DNA of 34,073 bases. Origin: a virus. Taxonomy: Duplodnaviria; Caudoviricetes. The translations under genes and the position numbers were made by a program. How positions within the stretch are numbered: position 1 is the first letter of the stretch; each line of letters begins with the position of its first letter. Below, one piece after another: positions 1 through 6,462 of this stretch. The stretch is taken from IMG/VR virus record IMGVR_UViG_3300018424_000093, positions 1-34,073 of that record. The stretch is one strand, 5' to 3'. Under the pieces are notes generated by a model. That model had not been told where the DNA came from. It made no database searches and saw nothing but the letters and a program-made list of their open reading frames with translations.

Positions 1-279
1 CATCGTCTGTGAACCCGTAGGCGAGGTATCCAGCATCATCCCAACTGGATCACCCACCACGGGCTGTCCACCGGAACCGTCCCTGCCTACCCTCAAGCTA
101 GTCAGATCCTGCGGGTCGTAGAACACATTGGCGTTGCCTGCGGTTTCCTCCGTCGCAAGCAGTTCGTCGAAACGGTCACCTATTGACTGAACTAAGGTTC
201 CAGCAACACCAAAAAGCCCGGCCAGAGGCCGGGCAATGGTCATCGCTGTCGTTTGGAGGAGATTAGCGACGAGGCTCAT
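1..279 (-). CDS. 5' part of a virion fibre/decoration-type protein, running off the left edge (not in ORF track)
   Basis: My translation from ATG 279: MSLVANLLQTTAMTIARPLAGLFGVAG...NVFYDPQDLTSLRVGRDGSGGQPVVGDPVGMMLDTS..., open to base 1. It starts 3 nt after the upstream TAG. The YDPxDL...GDPVGMMLD motif is typical of phage LamG/ConA-like fibre domains. Confidence 0.75.
   Translation of the reverse strand, partial: MSLVANLLQTTAMTIARPLAGLFGVAGTLVQSIGDRFDELLATEETAGNANVFYDPQDLTSLRVGRDGSGGQPVVGDPVGMMLDTSPTGSQTM
211..234 (-). terminator. Intrinsic terminator-like hairpin inside the coding sequence
   Basis: GCCCGGCC-TCT-GGCCGGGC-TTTTT on the - strand: perfect 8-bp GC stem plus U5. Confidence 0.55.
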
Positions 280-282
280 TCT

Positions 283-498
283 CTACTTGAACCACTGGTG
301 TCCGCGAACGAACTTCCAACCAAGCCATGCAACTGCAATCAGTGTCGGCCAGGCAACCAAGGTTTTGAGAAATTGCGGGATCACGTCGAAACCTAAAAGC
401 AGATCAACCCAGATCAGCATGGTCAGAACTGCAATCAGATCCGCTGCGGTCTCGGCAACCTTACGCACCGAGTCATTGTTAAATTCGATAGTAGCCAT
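283..498 (-). CDS. Small membrane protein, 2 predicted TM helices (holin-like size and topology)
   Basis: 71 aa with two hydrophobic stretches and a basic C-terminus; strong SD AAGGAGG upstream. Confidence 0.75.
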   Translation of the reverse strand: MATIEFNNDSVRKVAETAADLIAVLTMLIWVDLLLGFDVIPQFLKTLVAWPTLIAVAWLGWKFVRGHQWFK

Positions 499-518
499 AG
501 CGGCCTCCTTTTTACGTT

Positions 519-560
519 AAAAAAAGGACCAGCCGGTGCGTCGCTAACTCCGGCTGGCCC
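519..560 (-). terminator. Intrinsic terminator
   Basis: GGGCCAGCCGG-N13-CCGGCTGGTCC followed by T7 on the - strand. Confidence 0.75.
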
Positions 561-597
561 TCGTTTTCTGCCTCGTATGAAGGGGTGAGGAGGCAGA

Positions 598-801
598 TTA
601 TTCGTAAGAGTAGACGCCGTTCGGTGCCTCAATAGACTCCGGTTGTGGCTCCTGGACAGTCACAGGAATATCCTCTGACACGTCCGTAAATGCAGTCAGC
701 GCCTCTACAGCGGCCTCAGCCTCTGCTTCTGTCGGAAAACTGACCAAAATTTCATCGTCAACCAGCACGGCATAGCCGCGCGGCTCAATACAAAAATTCA
801 T
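598..801 (-). CDS. Small acidic hypothetical protein (67 aa)
   Basis: MNFCIEPRGYAVLVDDEILVSFPTEAEAEAAV...; start moved to ATG 801 because the upstream extension crosses repeat and promoter DNA. Confidence 0.55.
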   Translation of the reverse strand: MNFCIEPRGYAVLVDDEILVSFPTEAEAEAAVEALTAFTDVSEDIPVTVQEPQPESIEAPNGVYSYE

Positions 802-859
802 GATGATGCCCCAAAAAAAATGCGCCTCAGTGCCCGACGCACGAAACGCATTGTAGAAA

Positions 860-888
860 TCCGTAGGATTATTCGTTTTGAACGTCAA
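860..888 (-). promoter_or_regulatory. Candidate late promoter
   Basis: TTGACG-N17-TACGGA on the - strand, downstream of the putative late regulator; weak -10. Confidence 0.3.
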
Positions 889-944
889 GGGGTTGTGACA
901 AATCAAGCTGAAAACCGCTAAATCTTGTGAAAACGTCAGAGAAA

Positions 945-1033
945 CGTGACACATGTGACGCGTTTTCTTTTTTGGGACGTATCGCGCGCGCGTGTGAACG
1001 GTGTAAACGCAAATACGTGTCACATGTGTCACG
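945..1033. repeat. 22-bp inverted repeat pair (GTGAC-N4-GTGAC arms) flanking a (CG)5 tract
   Basis: 945-966 CGTGACACATGTGACGCGTTTT versus reverse complement of 1012-1033 CGTGACACATGTGACACGTATT (20/22 identical). Confidence 0.85.
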
Positions 1034-1035
1034 CC

Positions 1036-1656
1036 TTAGGAAAATGCCCCGACATACGCCAAAGACGCATCTAAACCTGCGCGCAATTCAGACCGCAAAA
1101 CTTTGCAGGCTTTTGTAGTGTCTCCACCATACAGGCGCGCCGCCTGGCGCATCGACGCCTTGCCTCGGATCATCCGCTCAACAGCCGTTGACGCTCTGTG
1201 TGACAAGCTACCACGCAATAGCCGCCACATTTCCCGACCACGCGCGCGAGCGTCGCACAATGCCTCCAATCCACTGCCTATGCGACCATCAACAAACAAG
1301 ATCAAACCACTATCACCAGTCTGGACGACAACAGCCTCACCCTCTTCATGCTCTCGCAGTATCAACGCAGCCTTTGCCTGAACGACACTTAATTCCCGAT
1401 CCTTGACCAGCCTTGCTATGGGATCACGAACGCCCCCCAGATCGCGCACAAGCCACGTAGGCAAAGGCTCTATAACCGTCTGTCTCTGACCCAGCTTCAG
1501 ATCATAAACGGCGTCTCTGCGCCGCTTTGCTTCTTCAAAATCACCATCAATCTCTGCCTGCTGTGCTGCGAGTTCATTTGCACGTATAGCTTGATCTCTA
1601 GTGACCGAACGACCTATCGCTGGCCGATCACTCATGATTGTAGTCTGTTGCTTCAT
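1036..1656 (-). CDS. Putative late-gene regulator (Q position; DUF6456-like, C-terminal HTH)
   Basis: Last gene of the replication operon before the late leader. IARLVKDRELSVVQAKAA motif and HTH-like SMRQAARLYG. ATG 1656 with GGGAG SD and ATGA overlap. Confidence 0.6.
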   Translation of the reverse strand: MKQQTTIMSDRPAIGRSVTRDQAIRANELAAQQAEIDGDFEEAKRRRDAVYDLKLGQRQTVIEPLPTWLVRDLGGVRDPIARLVKDRELSVVQAKAALILREHEEGEAVVVQTGDSGLILFVDGRIGSGLEALCDARARGREMWRLLRGSLSHRASTAVERMIRGKASMRQAARLYGGDTTKACKVLRSELRAGLDASLAYVGAFS

Positions 1657-1772
1657 CGCACCGACTCCCACAACGCCACAGAAATCGCTCCACTAATCGC
1701 AAAACTGATGGCAAACAGCAGAGCGCCAAAAATCAAAGCCTCACCTGGATCAATACGATTACGCGGCTTCAT
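1653..1772 (-). CDS. Small single-TM protein (39 aa, not in ORF track)
   Basis: MKPRNRIDPGEALIFGALLFAISFAISGAISVALWESVR*; fills the gap between neighbours and is ATGA-coupled to the next gene. Confidence 0.6.
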   Translation of the reverse strand: MKPRNRIDPGEALIFGALLFAISFAISGAISVALWESVR

Positions 1773-2151
1773 GCTCGGCCCCTTCCAACAAGCTGAAAAA
1801 CAAGTCGGCATGGTCTTTGGTCATTTTGTAGCCCCAACCATGTTTGCTTTCGATGACAATGCCGTAAGCGTTCAAGACCTTTCGGGCACGGCAAACGTAA
1901 ACTTTCAAACTGTTGCCAGCGTCGATGTTGCCGCGCGGGTCTAACAAGGCCTCAAGCGCGCTGTGCTGACAGATGCGAGGCGACGACTTCGCTATCAGTC
2001 GCATTACAGAAAACGTCTTATGGCTCACACGCCAGTGAGCGGGAGGCGCATCATCCCACGCCTCCAAATCCCGTATGCGCTCACGCAGCTCCTGAATCAG
2101 CTCTTTCAGTGCTGAGTTCTGGTCCTGCAACAAGCGCACATTGACACTCAT
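1759..2151 (-). CDS. Stand-alone OmpR/PhoB-type winged-helix protein with N-terminal coiled coil
   Basis: NSLKVYVCRARKVL...IVIESKHGWGYKM matches the Trans_reg_C recognition helix and wing; ATGA overlap at 2148-2151. Confidence 0.75.
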   Translation of the reverse strand: MSVNVRLLQDQNSALKELIQELRERIRDLEAWDDAPPAHWRVSHKTFSVMRLIAKSSPRICQHSALEALLDPRGNIDAGNSLKVYVCRARKVLNAYGIVIESKHGWGYKMTKDHADLFFSLLEGAEHEAA

Positions 2152-2537
2152 GCAGCAGCCTCCCGGCTTATTTTTTCTTGCTCTATCCAACCAACGCCGT
2201 TTTTGAAGGTTCCGTCTTCATCAGCTCGTCCGATTGCATGCAACTCATAGAAAAATTGCTGCCCCCACCGTTCATATGCTTTGCGAAGACCGTGCAGAAC
2301 TGTAGTGTGATGGCTAACGCCAACCATTCTGGCAATTTGCGTCAGACTGAACTTTTTCTCGTGCGTTCGCAGATACGCCATGACAAACTGCCTGGGCCAC
2401 ACGTACTTTGGAGAAGTTCCCCGCGTTCTGATGTATTGAACGCTGATCGGCATGCCAGGAAATGCTAACCGGCAAACATCAACGGCCTCTTTCAAGGTCG
2501 GCCTTATCTCAAATTCGTAATCAGGATCATCAATCAT
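2148..2537 (-). CDS. DnaA C-terminal (domain IV)-like HTH protein
   Basis: PRQFVMAYL...SLTQIARMVGVSHHTTVLHGLRK parallels the DnaA RQxAMYL...SLxxIG...DHTTVLHA signature. Confidence 0.8.
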   Translation of the reverse strand: MIDDPDYEFEIRPTLKEAVDVCRLAFPGMPISVQYIRTRGTSPKYVWPRQFVMAYLRTHEKKFSLTQIARMVGVSHHTTVLHGLRKAYERWGQQFFYELHAIGRADEDGTFKNGVGWIEQEKISREAAA

Positions 2538-3129
2538 GTCTCGCCCCCAAGGCCTGTTTAAGTGTTGAAATCTTTCGTGTGATCGTTTCAGCGTTGTCCT
2601 CAACGCGCTTCAGGAATTTTCCAATCGACGGCATAAACTCATCGCCGCAACGGATCTGTGCGTCATAGGCCAAAATTACCGCACCGATTGGTTTACCAGT
2701 CAGATAGTCCATCCAGTCCTCAGCAGCCTGCACAGCATCACCTCCGCGCCGCGTTACTGGGTAGTTTCTGGCCAAACCCTTCAGCATCTCCGTCAAATCG
2801 GAAGCTGTTGCTGATCGCATGGATTGCTCAAGAGCGCTCAAATGCGATTGCGCGTCCTGTCGGCTGACGTTCTTCGCTAATGCGAACGTCCTGCGGGAAT
2901 GGTTGCGACCCTCCGCGTCCCTCCAATGCGTAAAGTCTACGTTTGTGAGCGGCTGCATCAATCGCCGCCTCATCCATGTAGCTGCCTGCGCTGGGCTGGC
3001 TGGAACGGTTGGCTGGGCGCCTGTCTGCCCATGACCTGCACCAGTTGCGCCAGGTCGCAGACCAGTCGCGCTTGACTGCGCGCTGACCGCTTTGACTGCG
3101 CCAGTAATCTCGGAATCGTTCACACTCAC
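2530..3129 (-). CDS. Putative helicase loader/inhibitor-type replication accessory protein (start uncertain: GTG 3129 or ATG 2820)
   Basis: Lies directly after the initiator. C-terminal WMDYLTGKP...FMPSIGKF pattern resembles phage loader-position proteins. Confidence 0.55.
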   Translation of the reverse strand: MSVNDSEITGAVKAVSAQSSATGLRPGATGAGHGQTGAQPTVPASPAQAATWMRRRLMQPLTNVDFTHWRDAEGRNHSRRTFALAKNVSRQDAQSHLSALEQSMRSATASDLTEMLKGLARNYPVTRRGGDAVQAAEDWMDYLTGKPIGAVILAYDAQIRCGDEFMPSIGKFLKRVEDNAETITRKISTLKQALGARHD

Positions 3130-3697
3130 GTTGAACCTCCATCGGGCTCATGCCCTCTTTGCTTGCGTATTGAATTTCTGACGGGCCAAGCTGCCAGTTG
3201 TCCGGCAGTCGAGACCCTCTTAACGAACCACGAACAGCGCCAGATTTTTTCTCGCGCGCCATAGATAAGGCGTTAGCCTTATCTACTGACGGTTCTTGAC
3301 GGTTAGTGATAGGCGGTTTTCTGCCGGTACAATGACGGTTTTCTGCCGGTCTAATTGTACCGGCAATTTCTGCCGGTCTAATAGTTTGGTGCAGTTCATT
3401 GACGTCCGTTTCTGCACGTAGGCGACCAGCGTGTATTTCGTAACTTGTGCGCGATCCGTTACCTTGGCCAAGGCGCACAGTATGGCGACTGATGAAACCC
3501 GCAGACTCCAACCACTTCAAATGCTCGCGAGCCTGTCGCTCTTTGCAGCCTGCCTGTTCTGCAATACGAACTTGTGACGGCCATGAACGCCAATCATCGC
3601 CGGCGAAATTTGCAAGAACGACCAGGATCATCCGACGCGACGCACTCAGCTCCGCATCGCGACACGCCAGCACAGCAGAAATCACGTGAACGCTCAT
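2828..3697 (-). CDS. Phage replication initiator (N-terminal wHTH, C-terminal DnaT-like domain)
   Basis: ILVVLANFA...SWPSQVRIAEQAG...HLKWLESAGFI HTH; RLPDNW...ERFRDYW...DWSATWRNW C-terminal motif; internal iterons. Confidence 0.85.
   Translation of the reverse strand: MSVHVISAVLACRDAELSASRRMILVVLANFAGDDWRSWPSQVRIAEQAGCKERQAREHLKWLESAGFISRHTVRLGQGNGSRTSYEIHAGRLRAETDVNELHQTIRPAEIAGTIRPAENRHCTGRKPPITNRQEPSVDKANALSMAREKKSGAVRGSLRGSRLPDNWQLGPSEIQYASKEGMSPMEVQRECERFRDYWRSQSGQRAVKRDWSATWRNWCRSWADRRPANRSSQPSAGSYMDEAAIDAAAHKRRLYALEGRGGSQPFPQDVRISEERQPTGRAIAFERS
3314..3382. repeat. Iteron array, putative replication origin within the initiator gene
   Basis: TTTCTGCCGGT occurs three times (CGGTTTTCTGCCGGT at 3314 and 3336, third copy near 3367) plus an inverted TACCGGCAA at 3358. 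Confidence 0.75.
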
Positions 3698-4104
3698 GCC
3701 ACGATCCTGTAGATCTGCTGATTGCGGTTCGTATCAGCCAGTCTCGCGTCGCCATCGACACGAACCAAACCAAGTTCTTCCAATGCGTTCAAACGCGCGC
3801 AAGCAGCCTGGTTTGTGATACCTGTGGCCTTGCAGATCTCTTCACGGATCGCGCCCTGCCCACCCCGAACCGCCAAATAGCCCAGCACCATCAATCCTTG
3901 CGGAGCGACTTGCTTATCAGCCATTCGTGCAGCCTCAGCGCTCGTGCGAGTGCCGTTACTTTTCGCGTGTCCAAAATCAACGCTAGACGCCTGCGCGTGA
4001 ACATGCTCATCGCATACCCACACCAACTCACCGCCGCGCGTGATCCGCTGGGTTGCAGCACGATAAGTGCAACGAGAGGCACAGACGTCACACGACTTGT
4101 TCAT
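3694..4104 (-). CDS. Cys/His-rich N-terminus plus winged-helix DNA-binding protein
   Basis: CDVC...WVCDEH, then AIREEICKATGITNQAACARLNALEELGLV; ATGA overlap with the initiator. Confidence 0.7.
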   Translation of the reverse strand: MNKSCDVCASRCTYRAATQRITRGGELVWVCDEHVHAQASSVDFGHAKSNGTRTSAEAARMADKQVAPQGLMVLGYLAVRGGQGAIREEICKATGITNQAACARLNALEELGLVRVDGDARLADTNRNQQIYRIVA

Positions 4105-4327
4105 TGAGCCGTTCCGAACGCTTCTTGTGTTTGATAATTTCAATCAGCGTCTGCACAGACACCGCGCCGCCGGTCGCATCTGCAATCTCTATCAACGTGT
4201 CCGCGTTGAACGTACCCTGACCATTCAGCAGCTTATAAACAGTTGGGTAGCTGAACGGGCGCCCTTCACAAAAACGCTGAACGCTGAGATTGTTTGCTCT
4301 CAAAAATGATCGAAGTGGATGTTCCAT
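4088..4327 (-). CDS. cro: Cro-like HTH regulator
   Basis: Divergent from cI; HTH plus IADATGGAVS motif typical of Cro/YdaS-like proteins; probably leaderless from ATG 4327. Confidence 0.8.
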   Translation of the reverse strand: MEHPLRSFLRANNLSVQRFCEGRPFSYPTVYKLLNGQGTFNADTLIEIADATGGAVSVQTLIEIIKHKKRSERLNEQVV

Positions 4328-4333
4328 GCGAAT

Positions 4334-4414
4334 CATTTAAGCCCTACTTAAATTTTACGCAAGCACAAATTTAAGCTATCATGTATCTGCTCGCATGACC
4401 GGGCCGGATACAAT
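4334..4414. promoter_or_regulatory. cro/cI divergent promoters and operators
   Basis: Operator ATTTAAG-CCCTA-CTTAAAT at 4335-4353 and a half-site at 4369. - strand TTGCGT-N17-TAAATG; + strand TACAAT at 4409-4414. Confidence 0.75.
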
Positions 4415-4417
4415 GCC

Positions 4418-4732
4418 ATGATGGCAAAACATTACATTCGCGAGTGGCGTAAAAAGCGAGGATTGACTCAAAAACAGCTTGCTGAACGAATGGAAGTTCG
4501 GCCAGGCGAAATGCTTATGAGCTACGTCACGGTGTCCAACATTGAGCGCGACACGCAATCCCCAACGCTCGACCAGCTTGAAGCATTTGCAAATGCGTTG
4601 GACGTGGCCGTAAGCGACCTCGTTCAGAACAACCCAGCCATCAGCAGCGAGATAATCGACCTACTGGAACGATTGGACGACGCAAACCGGCCTACGGTCA
4701 TGGCGATGTTGCGCGCAGCCGTAGGTATTTAA
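4418..4732 (+). CDS. cI: CI-like XRE-family repressor, short, with no peptidase domain
   Basis: IREWRKKRGLTQKQLAERM...VSNIERDTQSPTLDQLEAFANALDV is an XRE HTH; only 104 aa. Confidence 0.88.
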   Translation: MMAKHYIREWRKKRGLTQKQLAERMEVRPGEMLMSYVTVSNIERDTQSPTLDQLEAFANALDVAVSDLVQNNPAISSEIIDLLERLDDANRPTVMAMLRAAVGI

Positions 4733-4800
4733 GCTGCGCCAAAATTTCAGGTTGACTTAAATTTCAGTGTAGCTTAAACCTGCTCCTAACACAAAAGGAG
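4727..4800 (+). promoter_or_regulatory. Early promoter covered by three tandem 19-bp operators
   Basis: TTGACT(4752)-N17-TAAACC. Operators ATTTAAG-N5-CCAAAAT (4727), ATTTCAG-N5-CTTAAAT (4744) and ATTTCAG-N5-CTTAAAC (4761). SD AAGGAG at 4795. Confidence 0.8.
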
Positions 4801-4806
4801 CCGGTT

Positions 4807-5067
4807 ATGAACACGTTGGCAGCACTACATTATCGCACTGTAGAGGCACAGCACGACGCATCTGAGCGTTATGCAGAAGATTTCTGCAACGAAAATCACG
4901 TCGAACTTTACAGCATTGCAACGACGCTGGGCCAGCTACCAAAAAAGGTTAAGCGGTCAAACGAGTTCCACTCTGAAATTCTGCACACAGTCGTTTCGCT
5001 CATGTTCGAAGACGAAACGGACAGAGATATTGCCACTCACTACATCGTGGAGTCCATGCGTGTTTGA
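4807..5067 (+). CDS. Hypothetical early protein
   Basis: First ORF after the promoter, with a strong SD. Confidence 0.75.
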   Translation: MNTLAALHYRTVEAQHDASERYAEDFCNENHVELYSIATTLGQLPKKVKRSNEFHSEILHTVVSLMFEDETDRDIATHYIVESMRV

Positions 5068-5236
5068 TCTGAACAATCACCTGTCGCGCAGAGAGCGCTT
5101 TAGCGACCCGCGCCTGCGTCGCATCTGGGACCGGGCATTTCTGGAATCCGAAATTCAACTGGCGCGCACAAAATTGCGCCTGGCTGAACAAAAACTGGCA
5201 ACTCACGATCTAAAAATGGAGGTAGCGCATGGCTGA
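5060..5236 (+). CDS. Small hypothetical protein (58 aa)
   Basis: GTG 5060 with GGAG SD; overlaps both neighbours. Confidence 0.6.
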   Translation: MFDLNNHLSRRERFSDPRLRRIWDRAFLESEIQLARTKLRLAEQKLATHDLKMEVAHG

Positions 5237-5924
5237 TGGCATGCACTCAATAACGCACACACTGGTGTCATGGTCTGACACTCGCGCAGAGCTGGCTAAA
5301 GCGATGGTTGGCGCACAGCAGTCGCTTGGTCTGGTCGCCAAGTCCAGCACGAACCCACACTTTAAAAGTCGTTACGCTGATCTGGCGACAGTGCTGGACG
5401 CTATTCTACCCGCGCTCAACGGCGCTGGCATAAGCCTTATGCAGGCTCCAGGTGGCGACGCTAACGGCAACGTCACGCTAACCACCACGCTCTTGCATGA
5501 AAGCGGGGAATGGATGGAAAGCACACTGACCATGCGTCCCACTAAAACGGACCCGCAAGGCGTCGGCTCAGCCATTACATATGCGCGTCGCTATGCTGCG
5601 CTTGCCGTAGCTGGCGCGGCGCCAGAAGACGATGACGGCAACAGCGCCAGTCAGCGTGAGAGCAAAGCTAAATCCCGTGAGGTCTATGGCAGATTAGAGC
5701 GCAGTGCGCGCGAAGCAGCGATAATTAGCGAAACTGCCCTTATGGCCTGGTGGCACGGCCATAAAAATGAAGTTCGCAGTATGCACGAAGACTTTGAGAT
5801 TCAGCTCATGGATCTGTTGACTGTATTAAAGTCAGACGCTCGCGCAAATGATCAGGCTAGTGAGCAAATCGCAGCTATTGAGGCTGAAGAATCTGAACGC
5901 GCTCACGCAGCTATGGCTGTCTGA
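5229..5924 (+). CDS. erf: ERF-family ssDNA annealing protein
   Basis: NPHFKSRYADL and PQGVGSAITYARRYA...EDDDGN are ERF signatures. Confidence 0.92.
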   Translation: MADGMHSITHTLVSWSDTRAELAKAMVGAQQSLGLVAKSSTNPHFKSRYADLATVLDAILPALNGAGISLMQAPGGDANGNVTLTTTLLHESGEWMESTLTMRPTKTDPQGVGSAITYARRYAALAVAGAAPEDDDGNSASQRESKAKSREVYGRLERSAREAAIISETALMAWWHGHKNEVRSMHEDFEIQLMDLLTVLKSDARANDQASEQIAAIEAEESERAHAAMAV

Positions 5925-6259
5925 TGATTGTCGCCAGCCAACATGTGCAAGAAGCCCTCACAGTGCTGGACGACCGCGATGGTCATCGAGCTGCTGCGAG
6001 GGCCGCACACGAATATGAGAAAGAGCGATTGAAGATCGTTCGAGCAAAATTGATCCTGCGCTCGCTGGAAAAAACCGCGAGCGCACGGGAGGCCTGGGCA
6101 ACCAGCCATCCCGATTACCAAGAACAGCTTGAGAGAGTGAAACAGCTAGCAGAAATTGATTACTGCGAACGCGATAAAAGCGACGCAGCAAGAGCAAAAA
6201 TCGAGATCTGGCGAACGGAAAGCGCAACTAACAGAACATTTGCAAAGGCCAGCCAATGA
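5924..6259 (+). CDS. Helical recombination-accessory-type hypothetical protein (possibly UvsY-like)
   Basis: Coupled to erf; AREAWA..HPDY...IEIWRT pattern of common phage helical proteins. Confidence 0.65.
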   Translation: MIVASQHVQEALTVLDDRDGHRAAARAAHEYEKERLKIVRAKLILRSLEKTASAREAWATSHPDYQEQLERVKQLAEIDYCERDKSDAARAKIEIWRTESATNRTFAKASQ

Positions 6260-6462
6260 CCGACCGAGACACACTCCGCGCTTTGGTAGACCGCATGAAC
6301 GCACCAAACCCCGTTCTCGCAAAAGCCCGGGACATGGAGACCCGCCTGCGTCTCATTCAGGAGGTGGCATCCCGTGCTGCCTCCCAGCACCCGCGCTCAC
6401 GCACAGCGCATCAGATGCTGTATATTGAGGAGATGGCGGCTGGAGGACTAGGAGATGACTAG
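6256..6462 (+). CDS. Hypothetical protein
   Basis: ATGA overlap upstream and overlap with the downstream start. Confidence 0.65.
   Translation: MTDRDTLRALVDRMNAPNPVLAKARDMETRLRLIQEVASRAASQHPRSRTAHQMLYIEEMAAGGLGDD

Noticed and set aside
802-1032. N-terminal extension of ORF 598-1032
   Set aside because: It crosses the inverted repeats and T-runs and does not look protein-like; ATG 801 is preferred.
4100-4115. SOS box near cro (GTTC-N8-GTTC)
   Set aside because: The spacer is 8 rather than 7 and the site is intragenic.
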